DNA from: Lepidodermella squamata
Lineage: Eukaryota > Animalia > Gastrotricha
Reading direction: 5' to 3'
Assembly (NCBI GenBank): GCA_047495785.1
Contig: JBLDXI010000031.1
Span: forward strand, 1,488,001 to 1,552,000
Length of the DNA stretch: 64,000 bases
Below the pieces are notes generated by a model. That model had not been told where the DNA came from, searched no databases, and saw only the letters and a program-made list of their open reading frames with translations. Position 1 is the first letter of the stretch. Each line of letters opens with the position of its first letter. Positions 49,114 through 61,225 of this stretch are shown here, piece by piece. Both the position numbers and the translations under genes were made by a program.

Positions 49114-50708
49114 TTTACTATTCCCGGGATTGAAGCAATAAAGAGCCGTGCGGGTTGCGCTTTATATTTACTCAGAAACCGGCGATTAATCATCAGAATG
49201 TCAAACATTACACTTGACACAGAGGCGTGTTGTTTTCTGCGGCAATAAAAACTACGAGTTGTAAGTCCTTTTGCTTTTTTATACATTTAACGTAGGCAGA
49301 TGAGCCTGGCGTTGTAGTTTTTTCTTTCATACTTATGCGTCAGGCTTGGCTTGTGTCAGTGAGCTGCTATCACTGCGCATTTTTTTGCTGCTCAATACTA
49401 ACGTTCGTTGTCGCAGTCACGCGAGTCGAGAGGCCGAGAGTAAACAAGCACGAACAATGCGCATTGTCTTGTATCAATATTCGCCTTATATGATGAGACT
49501 GTGAAATTTGACAATCGTTTCCTTGCCCCGTGTCCTGACTAGTGCCAGTCAAGACTTCGGAATCCTTTTCGGGGAGCTTACTAAGAGAAAAATAAGCAAA
49601 AGGGCCATTGAATCCCGCACATCTAAACGACCATTGTCTTATCAAAGAGAAAAGTACCATCAATAACAATCAAGAATCATCTTATGATTGTATATTTTTT
49701 GTTCATTTTGAGAGTTATTGAAGAAAAAGGTTGTGTCGAAACATGAAACCGCACTACGAACCCGCAACATTGAATCAGAAGGCAAAAAGGATGGCAAGGA
49801 TAGGTTAATGCGGATAACCAGGGATACCTACTTAGTTATTGAGCATTTTATTGTTTTAAAAATTTACGCTTTTATGGTCTCAGCTGAATTCACATCTGAA
49901 GCCCGCACGGCTGTTTCATGATCATTCAACGTGCCAGTTTCTGATTGATAGGTTACGTGTCAGTAGAATTCCGCCCCGCGGATAGCTTATCCACCATTTT
50001 ACAAAACTTATTGTGAAACGGCTACCTTTGGGGCCAGATGCTACATCTTCCGAGTAATGATTCTGAAATTAATTTGAGAATACTTACACTGGTTTTATTG
50101 CTTATTGTCCGAACGCTTAAAACGAACAAACCAATTAAATATATTTTTAGCGGTGTCAAGCTCCACAGACATTATCAAGGAATGCCCCGCTCAATTTCGA
50201 TCCAATTTAAAGCATCACGTAGCTCATACGTTTTACCTCAACTTCTGATAGGTGGAATGACAATCTGTTTAATAAAACTTATATATTTAGGCTAGGGGTC
50301 GTGCCGATGATGATCCAAGGTAAGCTGCTCCCCTCGAGGATTCAATTTCCGTGATTCTGATGTGTAAAGCTACTCACTGGGGTGGAGAACGTCGAAAACA
50401 GTTGTAAACTCCCATCTCCCGTGTAACTGACGCACTCTGACGCTATAATTGAAACCCCCAACCAAATCAACGTGTACCTTGCGTGGATCAAATAGCGTAC
50501 GGCGTAGCGAGTTTAACTCGAAACTCAAATTCCGATGACAAATGATACGCGCATGGAATGAACGCAACGTAGGCGTTCGATATCGGCTGACCATAGCGAC
50601 TGTATATAAGCGGCATTAATATTTCAAAACGATAATTTCTACCCACTCGTGCAGCCACAAACGACAACTACGCCAAATTTAACGGCCAGTAGCTACGTTT
50701 TTTACGAC

Positions 50709-51158
50709 ATGAAATCGATGCCGGTAGCTGTTCTAGTCCCGTTTGCCATTCTAGCCGCTTTTGCTGGGGTCAATTGCGACAATGCCTGCCCGGCACCGGC
50801 GAAGCGTTACATTTGCCAAAATGAAAGATGCCTAGCGAAACCACCCAGCTGTTCGCCCCTGTCACGGGAAGAATACGCGAGTATGCCAGAATGTCGGTGG
50901 TCTTGCGGTTATTTCAAGTGCTTCTATTCGGAAAAATGGCTCGCCCTACTTCGAATCAGCGGCCCGTTGAGCCGTAACGGGTCTTGCACGCCGGAGAATC
51001 CACCCAAGCCAAGCATTATCTACGACTTCGACCAAGGCCGGTGTGTTGGGCGGAATTTTACAAGTTCTTGCATGTTGAAACAAGCCAAGCCATATATTTT
51101 CGACTCTGACGATGACTGCCGGAAAATGTGCGTAGAAGATGCGGAAGTGCAAAAATGA
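50709..51158 (+). CDS. Secreted Cys-rich protein with a partial and a full divergent Kunitz-like module (K9)
   Basis: TATATAA at ~50603, signal peptide, motifs YASMPECRWSC and KCFY..C..IIYDFDQGRC..SSC..YIFDSDDDCRKMC. AATAAA at ~51218. Confidence 0.85.
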   Translation: MKSMPVAVLVPFAILAAFAGVNCDNACPAPAKRYICQNERCLAKPPSCSPLSREEYASMPECRWSCGYFKCFYSEKWLALLRISGPLSRNGSCTPENPPKPSIIYDFDQGRCVGRNFTSSCMLKQAKPYIFDSDDDCRKMCVEDAEVQK

Positions 51159-52248
51159 ATCGTTTCGTTGTATGTAGCGTTTCTTAGCCATTGTATCAAC
51201 CGGTTTTCAGATTCTGCAATAAAAATTGACAAGAATAACAACAAAAATTGACTGTCTTTTCAGCGGTCTCATCCAACCAAACGTGTGACATTCAAATCAA
51301 AAACTTCCGTCGCAATAACTTCATCACACAAAACTTCCGTGATCAAAAACTGTTCATCAAGTCAAAAATTCCGTAAATTTGTCTCTTAGTCTTGAATACT
51401 TAATAGAACGGAAATGGATCCCACGCTGCTCCGACCGTGGATTGTAGCAGCTCTCAATACTCCAATAGACAACCGTGAGAGGTATAGCGATTTTGCCATT
51501 CCAAACTCTCGCGAATACAGTTTTGACAGCAACTAAGTAATCAATAATGCTTTTTATACGGAATTTGCTCCCTGAGAGGAGGATTGAAAATTCCAATGGA
51601 ATACACCGCACATTGATTCGGAAATTTTCATAATCATGATTCGGATATACCTCATTTCACTCCGTGAGAAATTATGTTTAGAATAGCTTTTCCAGCTTAT
51701 CTTATGTTTTAATGTACCATTTTAACTTCTCTCATTATTTTCTTCTGATATTAAAGTAGTCTCTCAATGGTTAAACCGATTAACTTGAAAATTAAGGATT
51801 GAACTTATCTCCAAGGGATATGGGCGAGGTTCCGACAGTTCGTGTTTCTCAAGATGAAGACGGTGTCGACGTTATCTAGTATGGCTAATTCCTCACGAGC
51901 GTTCATGTCATCTTTGTGTTCAAAGCGCTATTCAATTTTGCGACGAAGCTATTGAATTACTGTTGAATTTCCCATCATTTATTAATATACTGGATGTTAG
52001 AGCTCTCCTGGAGGCACGTAATCTGGAAAAGCATAAGACGGCTTCTCAATGCAAAAGGAAAAGCTTCAACATTTTATTTTGATGAAACAAAAATTGGACG
52101 GAAATGATGACAGAATTGCAGCAACAAAACACTTGGCTCAGTGCCAGTAGGTCTTTCAATACATAAACAATCAGGCGAAAGAAGGACGAAATAAAAAAAT
52201 TGAAACGTCAACGGGCATGCAAACAAACCCGGGACATCGCTTCAGTTA

Positions 52249-52675
52249 CTAAGCCTGATAGTACCGATTGCCGATCAGTGGTATCAAAGTCAATAATGAC
52301 GTGACCATAGAGCAGTCGAATCTTGCGGTTTCACCTGTGATAATTAAAGAAAATAGGTTATTCTATGCCTTCAAAATATTGTTCTGGGATCTGGGATTTG
52401 ATGAACCAACCTTGGTTTATTAATTGTTGGCCTGAACCCGAAGATTCACACGCCGATTGGCACTCGGCGATAGAATTGAAAGAAGCTGCCCTGGTGTTAT
52501 CAGCGCTACAGCCGGAAGACTGAGTCGTGCATTTTCCCTTATTTGCGTCGTAGACAATAAAATCGCCGATATACATCGCACAAGAGATTTCGGGGATGCG
52601 ATAGCTGCATTTCGAACTTTGGCAAACCACTGATCCAGTAAAAAACAGGCAAATTACTAATATGAATTTCAGCAT
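52249..52675 (-). CDS. Secreted single-domain Kunitz-like protein K10. Exon 52675..52411 and probable exon 52334..52249
   Basis: Signal peptide plus N-type module and the same NQG|GT donor as K1-K8. A candidate phase-1 exon gives GETARFDCSMVTSLLTLIPLIGNRYYQA*. Confidence 0.8.
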
Positions 52676-53300
52676 TTTAGCTAAATTCCCCGAGAGCTAG
52701 TCGCGTTAAACGTAGCCATTTTTCATCATATTATTTCACGGACAGCGGATTGCTACTTATTTGTTCAAAGCCAGGTGAAATCCTGCGTGGGATAGAGCAC
52801 TACGGCAGTATTTTTTGTAGTATTACTGCGTTTTGCTCTACACGCTGCCAGGAATTGAGATTGAGGTGTTTGTTACCTGTCCGCCTGGATTTCAACGAAC
52901 AATTTTTTGTTTGCCTTTGAGCAGCGAGTAAACAGCACATAAATTATAAGAAAAATTCGGGGCTCGGGCAGGCTGGTTAGTGTGGCACTAGTTCCGAGTC
53001 ATTAAAATATTTTGATGAAAAAATTGTGTAGAATAAAATTCGGCCACATGGCAGGTCAGAAAATATAGAAGATAATATTCCATGAGTCTGCAGAACTAAC
53101 AAACCCTGATTAAGGCTTTCCTACATCAATCTCTCGAAGGTTCACCGCTCTTGATCAGCCAACTTTTATTTCTGACTAGTGCTGTCTGCGGCGAGCGGCA
53201 AGCTTCCAAATAAATCAAACCGATAATCTCATGAGCTCGAATCATCGAACTTGAATGTTTGCATTTGCAAGGTCCGTAACTTGAGCCGATCATAAGTCGT

Positions 53301-56065
53301 TCATAATGATAGAAAATTGTTAGTGGTTTTTAGGACAGCAAATAAGGCAAGTGAAAGCATCACCATCACCGGAATGTCAATGAAATGGCCGCCATTCTTC
53401 GGCCTCGGGGTTGTTGTTACAGGCGGCAAACAGTCGCCCGAACCTATTGTAAGCACATTTAGCATTTAGAAAATGACATTCAATTTAGATACTCACCGCC
53501 TCGAGTCAAAAGCTTGTCTGTAACGCCATCGTACGCCTCAACGATCAAATTCTTGCCAACCAAAACAGTAGCATTGTCTATGCGCCAGCTTGTCTCCTTT
53601 GAACAGACCATTTTCTTGAACTTTGGCCACTCTAGCGGAACGTCTTCGCAGGCTCTGAAGCACTCAGCGGGATAAATTGAACTTTCAGCAACGTACATGC
53701 CAAAACCCTCGTGAGAGATTGATGGGAAGATTGTTGAAGTGTCATCCAAGTTGGCGCATGATGGATTCAATTTCAGCGATGAGTTATTTTTTTCGATGTA
53801 CAACAGTATCACATCATCGAAGGATCCATTGTCAAGTTCCTTGCGAATACGGAGATCGCCACGCATCACATAGCATATAGGCGAAATCGGGGACTCAGAT
53901 TTTGCGACTTTTGAAGAATCGTTAGGAGGTGTCGGTATGGCGGTCGAAGTTTTAGAGTACGAATACCAAGTCTCATTTTTACTTAGATATTCAAATTCCT
54001 CCGATCCAACTAGGTAGCGCCCCTTGGCATCGTGCGATATTTGAGATGGGTATCCCAGTAAATATGTTTCCGCATGGATACAATTCTTTGAACAAAGTTC
54101 ATTGATGTTGTGGTTGAACTGTTTATCATCACTAGTTGGAACAAATCTCGGGCACGTGCAGTGCTCGTTTACTACCCTTTCATTGAGACTCACGTCAAAA
54201 TACTGAACAGCCGCTCGGTGACTGCACATCGCATTGTGCAATTCCGCTCGTGTTTTAACACCCAATCGAACCATGTTAACGGTGAATACCATAGGATTGG
54301 ATGATCCAAGAAGCCACACTAGTTCCCCGGGGTTCACGTCAAAGTTTGAGTGGCCAGTAACAGCTTTGTGAATATAAGCTCCTAAGATCCAAGCAGCCCC
54401 TGCTGTTATTGTCGCTCCCACCAATCTATCGTGAGGTCGTCCGTTTGAATCAAAGAAGATATCAGTGCCTTTACTATTATTCGAGTTAACAATGCTATTG
54501 TTCTGTATCAGCTCGTGCATTTTGCTTCCAAGCCGCAGTTTCCGACGAACGTCCAGCCAAGACTCCCGACATTGAGGTTGATGTTCAAGCAGGTTGTTGA
54601 CGTAAAAATCAGCATGCCCTATTGGCTTTAGAATGCCGAGTTGAGATGTATGAATGACGTCAACAAAGTTGGCATCTCCGCTGTCCAGACGCTGGCCATA
54701 ACCTAGGTTCTCAAACTCTGGCCCGGCTGGGTCGAGGCCTGCCGTTAATAAAATAATTTCCGTTCGAGAATTCGGAATGCTTTCGAGCTAACCTGTTATT
54801 CTGTCAAGCTTGACATGATATTCTTTGAGATATTTCCCGAGAAATCCGCAAACGTGCGATCCGAGACTAAAACCAATGCAATGGACTGAGGCGTCGCTAA
54901 AGCCTGGCAGTTCCAGAAGAAAAACTGCTGCAGACCACGCCACCACATTTGTATTCGCCGCTGGAATTTTGTAAGAGTTGCTCGGCTTGAAATACCGACC
55001 CGGGCGCTCCCAGAAGCCAGGATCCATCCCACCCCAAGCAGCGGCTCCTCGTTGCCAGTTCAAAAGCAGAATATCAGCTTTGGGCTGAAAGACAGGATTA
55101 CTACAATTTAGTCGTTGCATTAGGAAAAGAAAGTACTGTTTTTTGGGACAATTGAGTAATTAGACTGTGGTGTTCGTTCCACCACGTTGCGGCTTCATTA
55201 GTAAAACCATGGATCAAAATATACGCGTTTTTCGATACGTTGAAACTCCTATAGTTAGCAATTTTCGTACAGAGGAAAAGTAAAAACAAGCAGCGTAAAT
55301 GTATACCCCACTGATATGTATTGCGGGGAACCTTTCTTCGCGTTCCACACATACAGTCCAATACCCATTTGATACGGGCTGGCAGTTTTCTGCTGGGCGA
55401 AGCACCTGCTATAAATAATGCTGGAGCCTGGTGGCTGAAATGTATGCTCGATTCTACAAGGAGGCTTTGTAGAGCCAGGAAGTGGCGCTGGCGTTGTTAC
55501 CGGATTTCCTGTTAGCGTCAAAGCGGAATAAACTTTGTGTTTCGGGAACAGTTTGAGGCCTACCGAATTTAATCAAAATTTCAAATCCCCAATATTGGAA
55601 CGTTTTGTCTGTAACAAATTGGATAATGGCCAATTCCCCGTGCGATATCCAGCTAGTATAGGCGAGCTGCGCATAATTGTTATCGCAGGCCTTAACCAAC
55701 TGCTTGTAACGTCCGTCAGAGCCATATCCAAATATTGTCAGTGTATCGCAATCGCATACTCCCCAGGTTCTACAGTTCGGTTCGATAGTGAGACGTCGGA
55801 TATACAATCTGCGAAAGAAAAAATATACAGCGAAACAGTAGATTTAAATGCCATTAAAATTTGATCGGGTGTACTCGATTGTTTTACCACTAGGAGCTCG
55901 AATATCCCAACAACGGTCTTCACTGGAATAGTACTCCCCAGAGCTTCGGGGCGGCTCAATAGATGTTTCTCTAGTTACATAGATTGTTTGTTTGCATGCG
56001 CCTATAAGGGGCGCGTTCACTCCAATCAGGATGATAACGAACACTGCTTTCGTTTCGAAAACCAT
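53301..56065 (-). CDS. CUB-domain plus pancreatic-lipase-family hydrolase with GPI-like tail. Exons 56065..55875, 55808..55564, 55508..55307, 55248..55137, 55084..54793, 54738..53497, 53443..53301
   Basis: Signal peptide and CUB motifs (CWDIRAPSG, CDCDTLTI, FVTD..GF). Lipase motifs LIHGF, GFSLGSH (Ser), RITGLDPAGP (Asp), DANFVDVIHT, GHADFY, CSHRAA (His). Hydrophobic C-terminus. All introns keep frame. Confidence 0.88.
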
Positions 56066-57889
56066 TAGTAAAAACAGCTTTCGTTCCAAGATAGTCCAAA
56101 TAACCAAAAGCTCCAAGAATGCTTCAGTTTAAAATGTTATCTGCTGTTCATTTTTTCCACACTTTTATTGCTCTTTTTCTAAATTGAGCATGCGATAGCG
56201 AATTATAAATAATGGCTACCGAAATACAAATAATAACATTACGAGACTGTGCGCAACAAAAAGGCCGATAACTTAGGTTGCGTATGCGATAAGTCACAAT
56301 GACAATTACACAGTGCCATGGTTTAAGAAAAAAATTTCCATCGAGTTATCACAGCTTTCAACTTGCCTTGCAGTCTCATGCCAATTTATCATGCCTTATC
56401 TAATATGTAACTAAGAATCGAATGTACCCAAGCTTAACTCATATACAATACTATTCAATTACTAGTCCAGGCGGCACTACAAAGAACATCAAAGTACCGA
56501 CAAAAAGGTGCCGCCTGGGCGTTTATTTCGGAATTTACGGTAGCTTTATAACCAAACGTCGCCGATGCGGCAAAAATCTTCAGGAATGTTAATTTTAAAA
56601 TAGATGAAAAAATTGCTTTATATTTCAATTTTTTAGTAAAATATATGTCACTGAGGCCATTATTGAGGGTTGTCAAACCCGCCCGTCCGGCTTCATTTCT
56701 AATTTCATCCGAGTCTAAATACGAGATACGCAAGTTCGCCGTAACAAAGCACCGGAAAAGCATCTGCATTCATATGCAACGCATTCGCGAACGGAAGGCT
56801 CGAATTCGTAATTCGTATCGATCGGTCAGTCTGGCTCCATCCTCCAGGTCGATATACGCTTATAGGAAAGAATCAAAAGCATTTCCGAAGGATCATTCTT
56901 TGTTGTCAAAATTTGATCGTCATTGTCATACAAAATTGCATCGGTCGCATAGGCTATACTTGTCTCCAATGAATTTGTTGGACCCGAGCATATCGAGATG
57001 GCAGTTTTCATTTTATTTATTTATTTATTTAGCGAGTCTGAATCCAATGAGGAAGCTCGAGCAAAGTTAAAGGAAAAAATGGGCATATCACAGCTGTCCG
57101 TTCAGAGTCTCGTCATATTAGTTCAGTTCCATTCGATGTCCTGTGGTCTACTTGTTGCTGAATTCGAAGGGCCCGCTCGTCAGCAAGAACTGGTAGGTGG
57201 CTTGCCGGCAAGCATGAGCGGTTTGCGCGTTTTGAGCCTCTTGTGGCAGAAGGTTAAATAGAATTGCACCTCTGTAGGCGAGTGACTTTTGACCTTGGAA
57301 TGAGGATAACGCCGGAACCTCAAGCACATTTCAATGTATCGTTCGATCAATAACCACCAAATGAGTCGTTCTGCGTCGTTATTCATATAAACACAAGTTA
57401 AGCATCACCTTTTGTAATGTATCCCCATTTCCCATCTCTTTTCCTCCTCTTTTCCTCGATCTAAAACCCCAAGCCACTGATGCTCATACCCATTCCATCG
57501 ATATTATCCGCGAAACAGCAAAACATCCAGAAAGCTGAGAAACTTAATGCTGCCGCGCAACGCTGGGTTACCTGAAAAAGGCTTCTCAAATCTCAAATAT
57601 TGTCCGTAAGTGTCAGCAATTGTCCGCTAGTCATTTCAATAATCAACGAACTAATTTATTAGGCGGATCCTTTGACTTAACGACCTCAGCAATAAATGCG
57701 TTGGTACTTTTTTGTATTATCGCTAGTCGTGACCTTTAGAGCATGGCAATTAAGAGGTTTCTTATCACGAGAAAACAACAGGCACCGAATTTCTCAGCCT
57801 AGTTACCTGTCCAAATTCTTATCGCTGGAATAATTATGGTGAAAAAAATCCACTACTACTAGTTCCTCAGTTCACAATTTTCGGGTGAA

Positions 57890-59344
57890 ATGACTTTTAT
57901 TAAAGTAGTTGCTTTAATTTCGGCGGCGTTTGTGCTCGCCTCAGCTCAGGACAAGAAGCTGTACCATGGCAATAAGGTTCTTCGCGTGCTCCCAACCACA
58001 TCAGACCATCACAACTTCCTGAATGAACTCTACATGAATGCTGAACCATCCGAGTTCGATTTCTGGTCTAAGCCAAACGGTCGTGGCCGTCTTGTCGATA
58101 TTCACGTCCACAAGAATGCCTTGGAAAAGTTCGAGCAAATGATGACAGCTCAGAAGCTCAACTTCTCAGTTGGCATCCCGGATTTGCAACAGCACATCGA
58201 TGAAATCGAAGGTCCGATGCACGAGCGCAGGAAGCGCGAGGCCTCGACCCGCATCATTGGCACCTATGCTCGTTACGACGATATTGTCAACTGGCTCAAG
58301 GTGCAATGTGGAACCTATTCAAACCTCGCTGAATGCGGATCGCTCGGCACTACTACTGAGAACCGTGAACTACGTTACATTCGCATCGGAGCTCCGGCGG
58401 TTAATGGCAAGAAAAAATGGCAGATTTTCATCGAATCCGGAATTCATGCTCGGTACGTTTTCAGTAACCTGCAAATTTAAGCAAATCAAATTGCTTTTTT
58501 TCTCTCCACAGTGAATGGATTGCTCCGGCCACTACCTTGTATATCATCAATCAGGTAGACTGCTGTAGCATTTTCATGTATGAAATGACTTAATCACCTA
58601 TTTTCAGCTGTTGACCACTTATGACTCCGATCCGAAAGCCAAGAACATCTTGGACACTTTCGACCTGATGATCGTGCCTTCAGCCAACCCTGATGGCTAT
58701 GAGTATTCGGCTAAAAGCGACCGCATGTGGCGTAAGACGCGGTCAAAGCAGGGGACTGCTTGCTACGGCGTTGACCCCAACCGAAACTACGACATCAGCT
58801 GGGCAACGTCCGGCAGCTCCTCGTCCCCGTGTTCCGATATCTATCACGGCCCGAAAGCGTTCTCTGAGCCTGAGACCATTGCTGTTTCGAACTATTTGAA
58901 AACCAACAAGGATAAGATCCTTGCGTTCCTTGCTATTCATTGCTACCAGCAGCAGTGGCTCATTCCGTATGCTGATAAGAAAAATCACAGGGCCGAAAAT
59001 TTCGATGAGCTGCTTCGTGTCGCTAAAATTGGTGTCAGCGCTTTAACTGGTGTTAACAAAAGCAAATGGCAAGCTGGTAACACTGCTGAAATCCTCTCCG
59101 TCGCTGCTGGAGGAAGTGATGACTGTAAGTTGAACTCTCAATTTCACAGAATCTTTTTACAATTAATTAACAAAATTAATGCTCAGGGTCGAAAGCGATT
59201 GGCATCAAGTACTCGTACACTCTTGAACTTCGCCCGAACGGGTCTTCCCTGAAGGGGTTCGTCCTGCCTGAAAGCGATATCGAGCCAAGCGGTCGCGAGA
59301 TCTATGCTGGTATTGTTGCAGCCTTGGAAGCTATGCAATTGTAA
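57890..59344 (+). CDS. M14A zinc metallocarboxypeptidase preproenzyme, CPB-like. Exons 57890..58452, 58512..58554, 58608..59124, 59187..59344
   Basis: Signal peptide, prodomain ending RRKR, GIHAREW, NPDGY, RMWRKTR, GVDPNRNY, AIHCY, GGSDDW, YTLELRP, GFVLP. Confidence 0.95.
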
Positions 59345-59543
59345 ACATTCGAAATTTTATTTCAATCAAACGGACACTTCTACAATAAACAAGTCTTAAG
59401 AACCATTCCAAAAGTTTCTGTTTGAAAGCCCAACAAATTTTACTGCCGACCGCTATGATAAAGAAAGCTCCAGTCATCAGGATTTTTATTCTATATCATG
59501 AGTTCATAGTTCAACTAGGTAGGTTGACAGATGATGATTAAGC

Positions 59544-60649
59544 TCAATAATTCTTTTTGGTGGAACTATTCGCTCTTTTGAACCATTTCCCCCATCCATG
59601 AGATCGGCTTGGGCTTACAGCACTTCTTTCCTGCATTATTGACTCATATGAAGGCGGCGCTTCCAACAGAGGCGCGGACGGCCGTATTTGTTGAGTCACA
59701 GTCCTGCTCATCTGGCTTGTCATAGTGACAGGCAAACTCACTGTGACGCTGCCAGACCAAGACGCTGATAGGCTTACCAGAAGTTCGTATTTCACTTCGA
59801 AAATCTCAGCAGTGTTGATTGTAGGTCCAATAGAGGAAGGAAGCTGAAGCTCAAAGTTCTCAAAATACCTAATTTGGCTCGGTGCCAAATTTTTCAGAGT
59901 AACCACTCGCGACACTGGAGTTCCCACGTTTGAGAGCTTGATTTTGTCTTGCCTTGAGCGTAGAAATTCATGCTTTGCCGCAATTTGATGTTTATCATGG
60001 CTTCACGTCTTGAATCTTGATTTTCGAGACGACCTGATAGTTTGAGTGTACCTCCAGCTGTAAAACCAGTCCTCTCGATTCTAGCTTGTATCAGAAAAGG
60101 ACCAGCCGTACAGCACAAGCAGCCAACCATTTTCTTTTCTGATTTCTCAATCGCCTGGCAGAAAACTGGAGCGTCGAGATCTAAAGCACGAATAACCTCG
60201 AGATTCGCATAGTCTTTCGGTGGCATCATGTGGCCGGGTAAATCGACGATTGTCGCCTCTATCCAGTATCTCACTGTGGCGGCTGATTGATTAAATGATG
60301 GCAAGAGGTTTTGAGGCAGCGAAAACGAGAATGGTACGTAACTTTCATCCCGCAGTGGAATCTTGATTTTACGCTCGAACGCCAGGTAACGGCGATTCGA
60401 CTCGAGGGTAACTTCCTGTTGAATATTTTGGTCACTCTGTCGGGCGCATTGAGTTACTTTCCATTGAACGTTCCCAGAACCGATGAGGTTCAGCTTTAGC
60501 TGGTAAAACCGAGAACTGTTGAACCCAAGGCAAGACCGATTGACTGGAGAATCGATAGCTTCTTGGGGCAACTGAACCTGGCAAACGCCGCGAATCTCTT
60601 CGCCTGAGACGTAGACCCTCTTGTCTGAGTCGAAACTAATTTTTAACAT
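59544..60649 (-). CDS. Arrestin-domain-containing protein (alpha-arrestin) with a frame break near 59930-59870
   Basis: VYVSGEEIRG, PFSFSLPQNLLPSF, VRYWIEA, CLCCTAGP, IERTGF, EVKYEL, and C-terminal PPSY (PY motif). Confidence 0.88.
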
Positions 60650-61225
60650 GGATAAACTACTAGTAAAGCGCAGAGCGTAATTTAACTTCAAATGATGGTC
60701 ATTTAATTATTTGCGTAGGTTTCATGGTTCACCTCAGCTGAGTCATTCACGCAGAGACTAAACTATTGATGAATGGTATGGAATTGAAAACCTTGAAATA
60801 GATGGATGAAGGAGCTACATTTTTTTTGCTATAACGTCATAGATAACTTTTAAAGATAAGTTAAAGATAATCTTTATCTATGGCTAACGTGTCTATAATT
60901 GTATAGGCATCATCGATTCTACACCCTGTGATTCAGCGTTGAATGTGATGAATCGGCAAAAACGCAATGCATGAATTATTAAATTCACTCGGTTACGTGT
61001 CGCACATGACGGTTATTTTCATCGATTGATAAATATTGAGTCGGAGACGTTTCAAATTTCAACACTTCGAATTTACCGCGAAATTTCGTGAAACATTCTC
61101 TTGATTGAAGGGCTTCAATCACTTTCAATCACCTAACGATTCCTCCGTTACCTGACAACACCAACCATGGCATAACAGGATAGAAAATGGAAACTATCGC
61201 ATATTACGAAAGGGCGACCTGCTAT

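Noticed and set aside
56455-57386. Scattered ORFs between the lipase and the carboxypeptidase
   Set aside because: Several stops in every frame and no motif; possibly a decayed gene, but unsupported.
60839-60882. Imperfect palindrome rich in AGATAA upstream of the arrestin
   Set aside because: Short and AT-rich; could be GATA sites but cannot be told from chance or a TE remnant.
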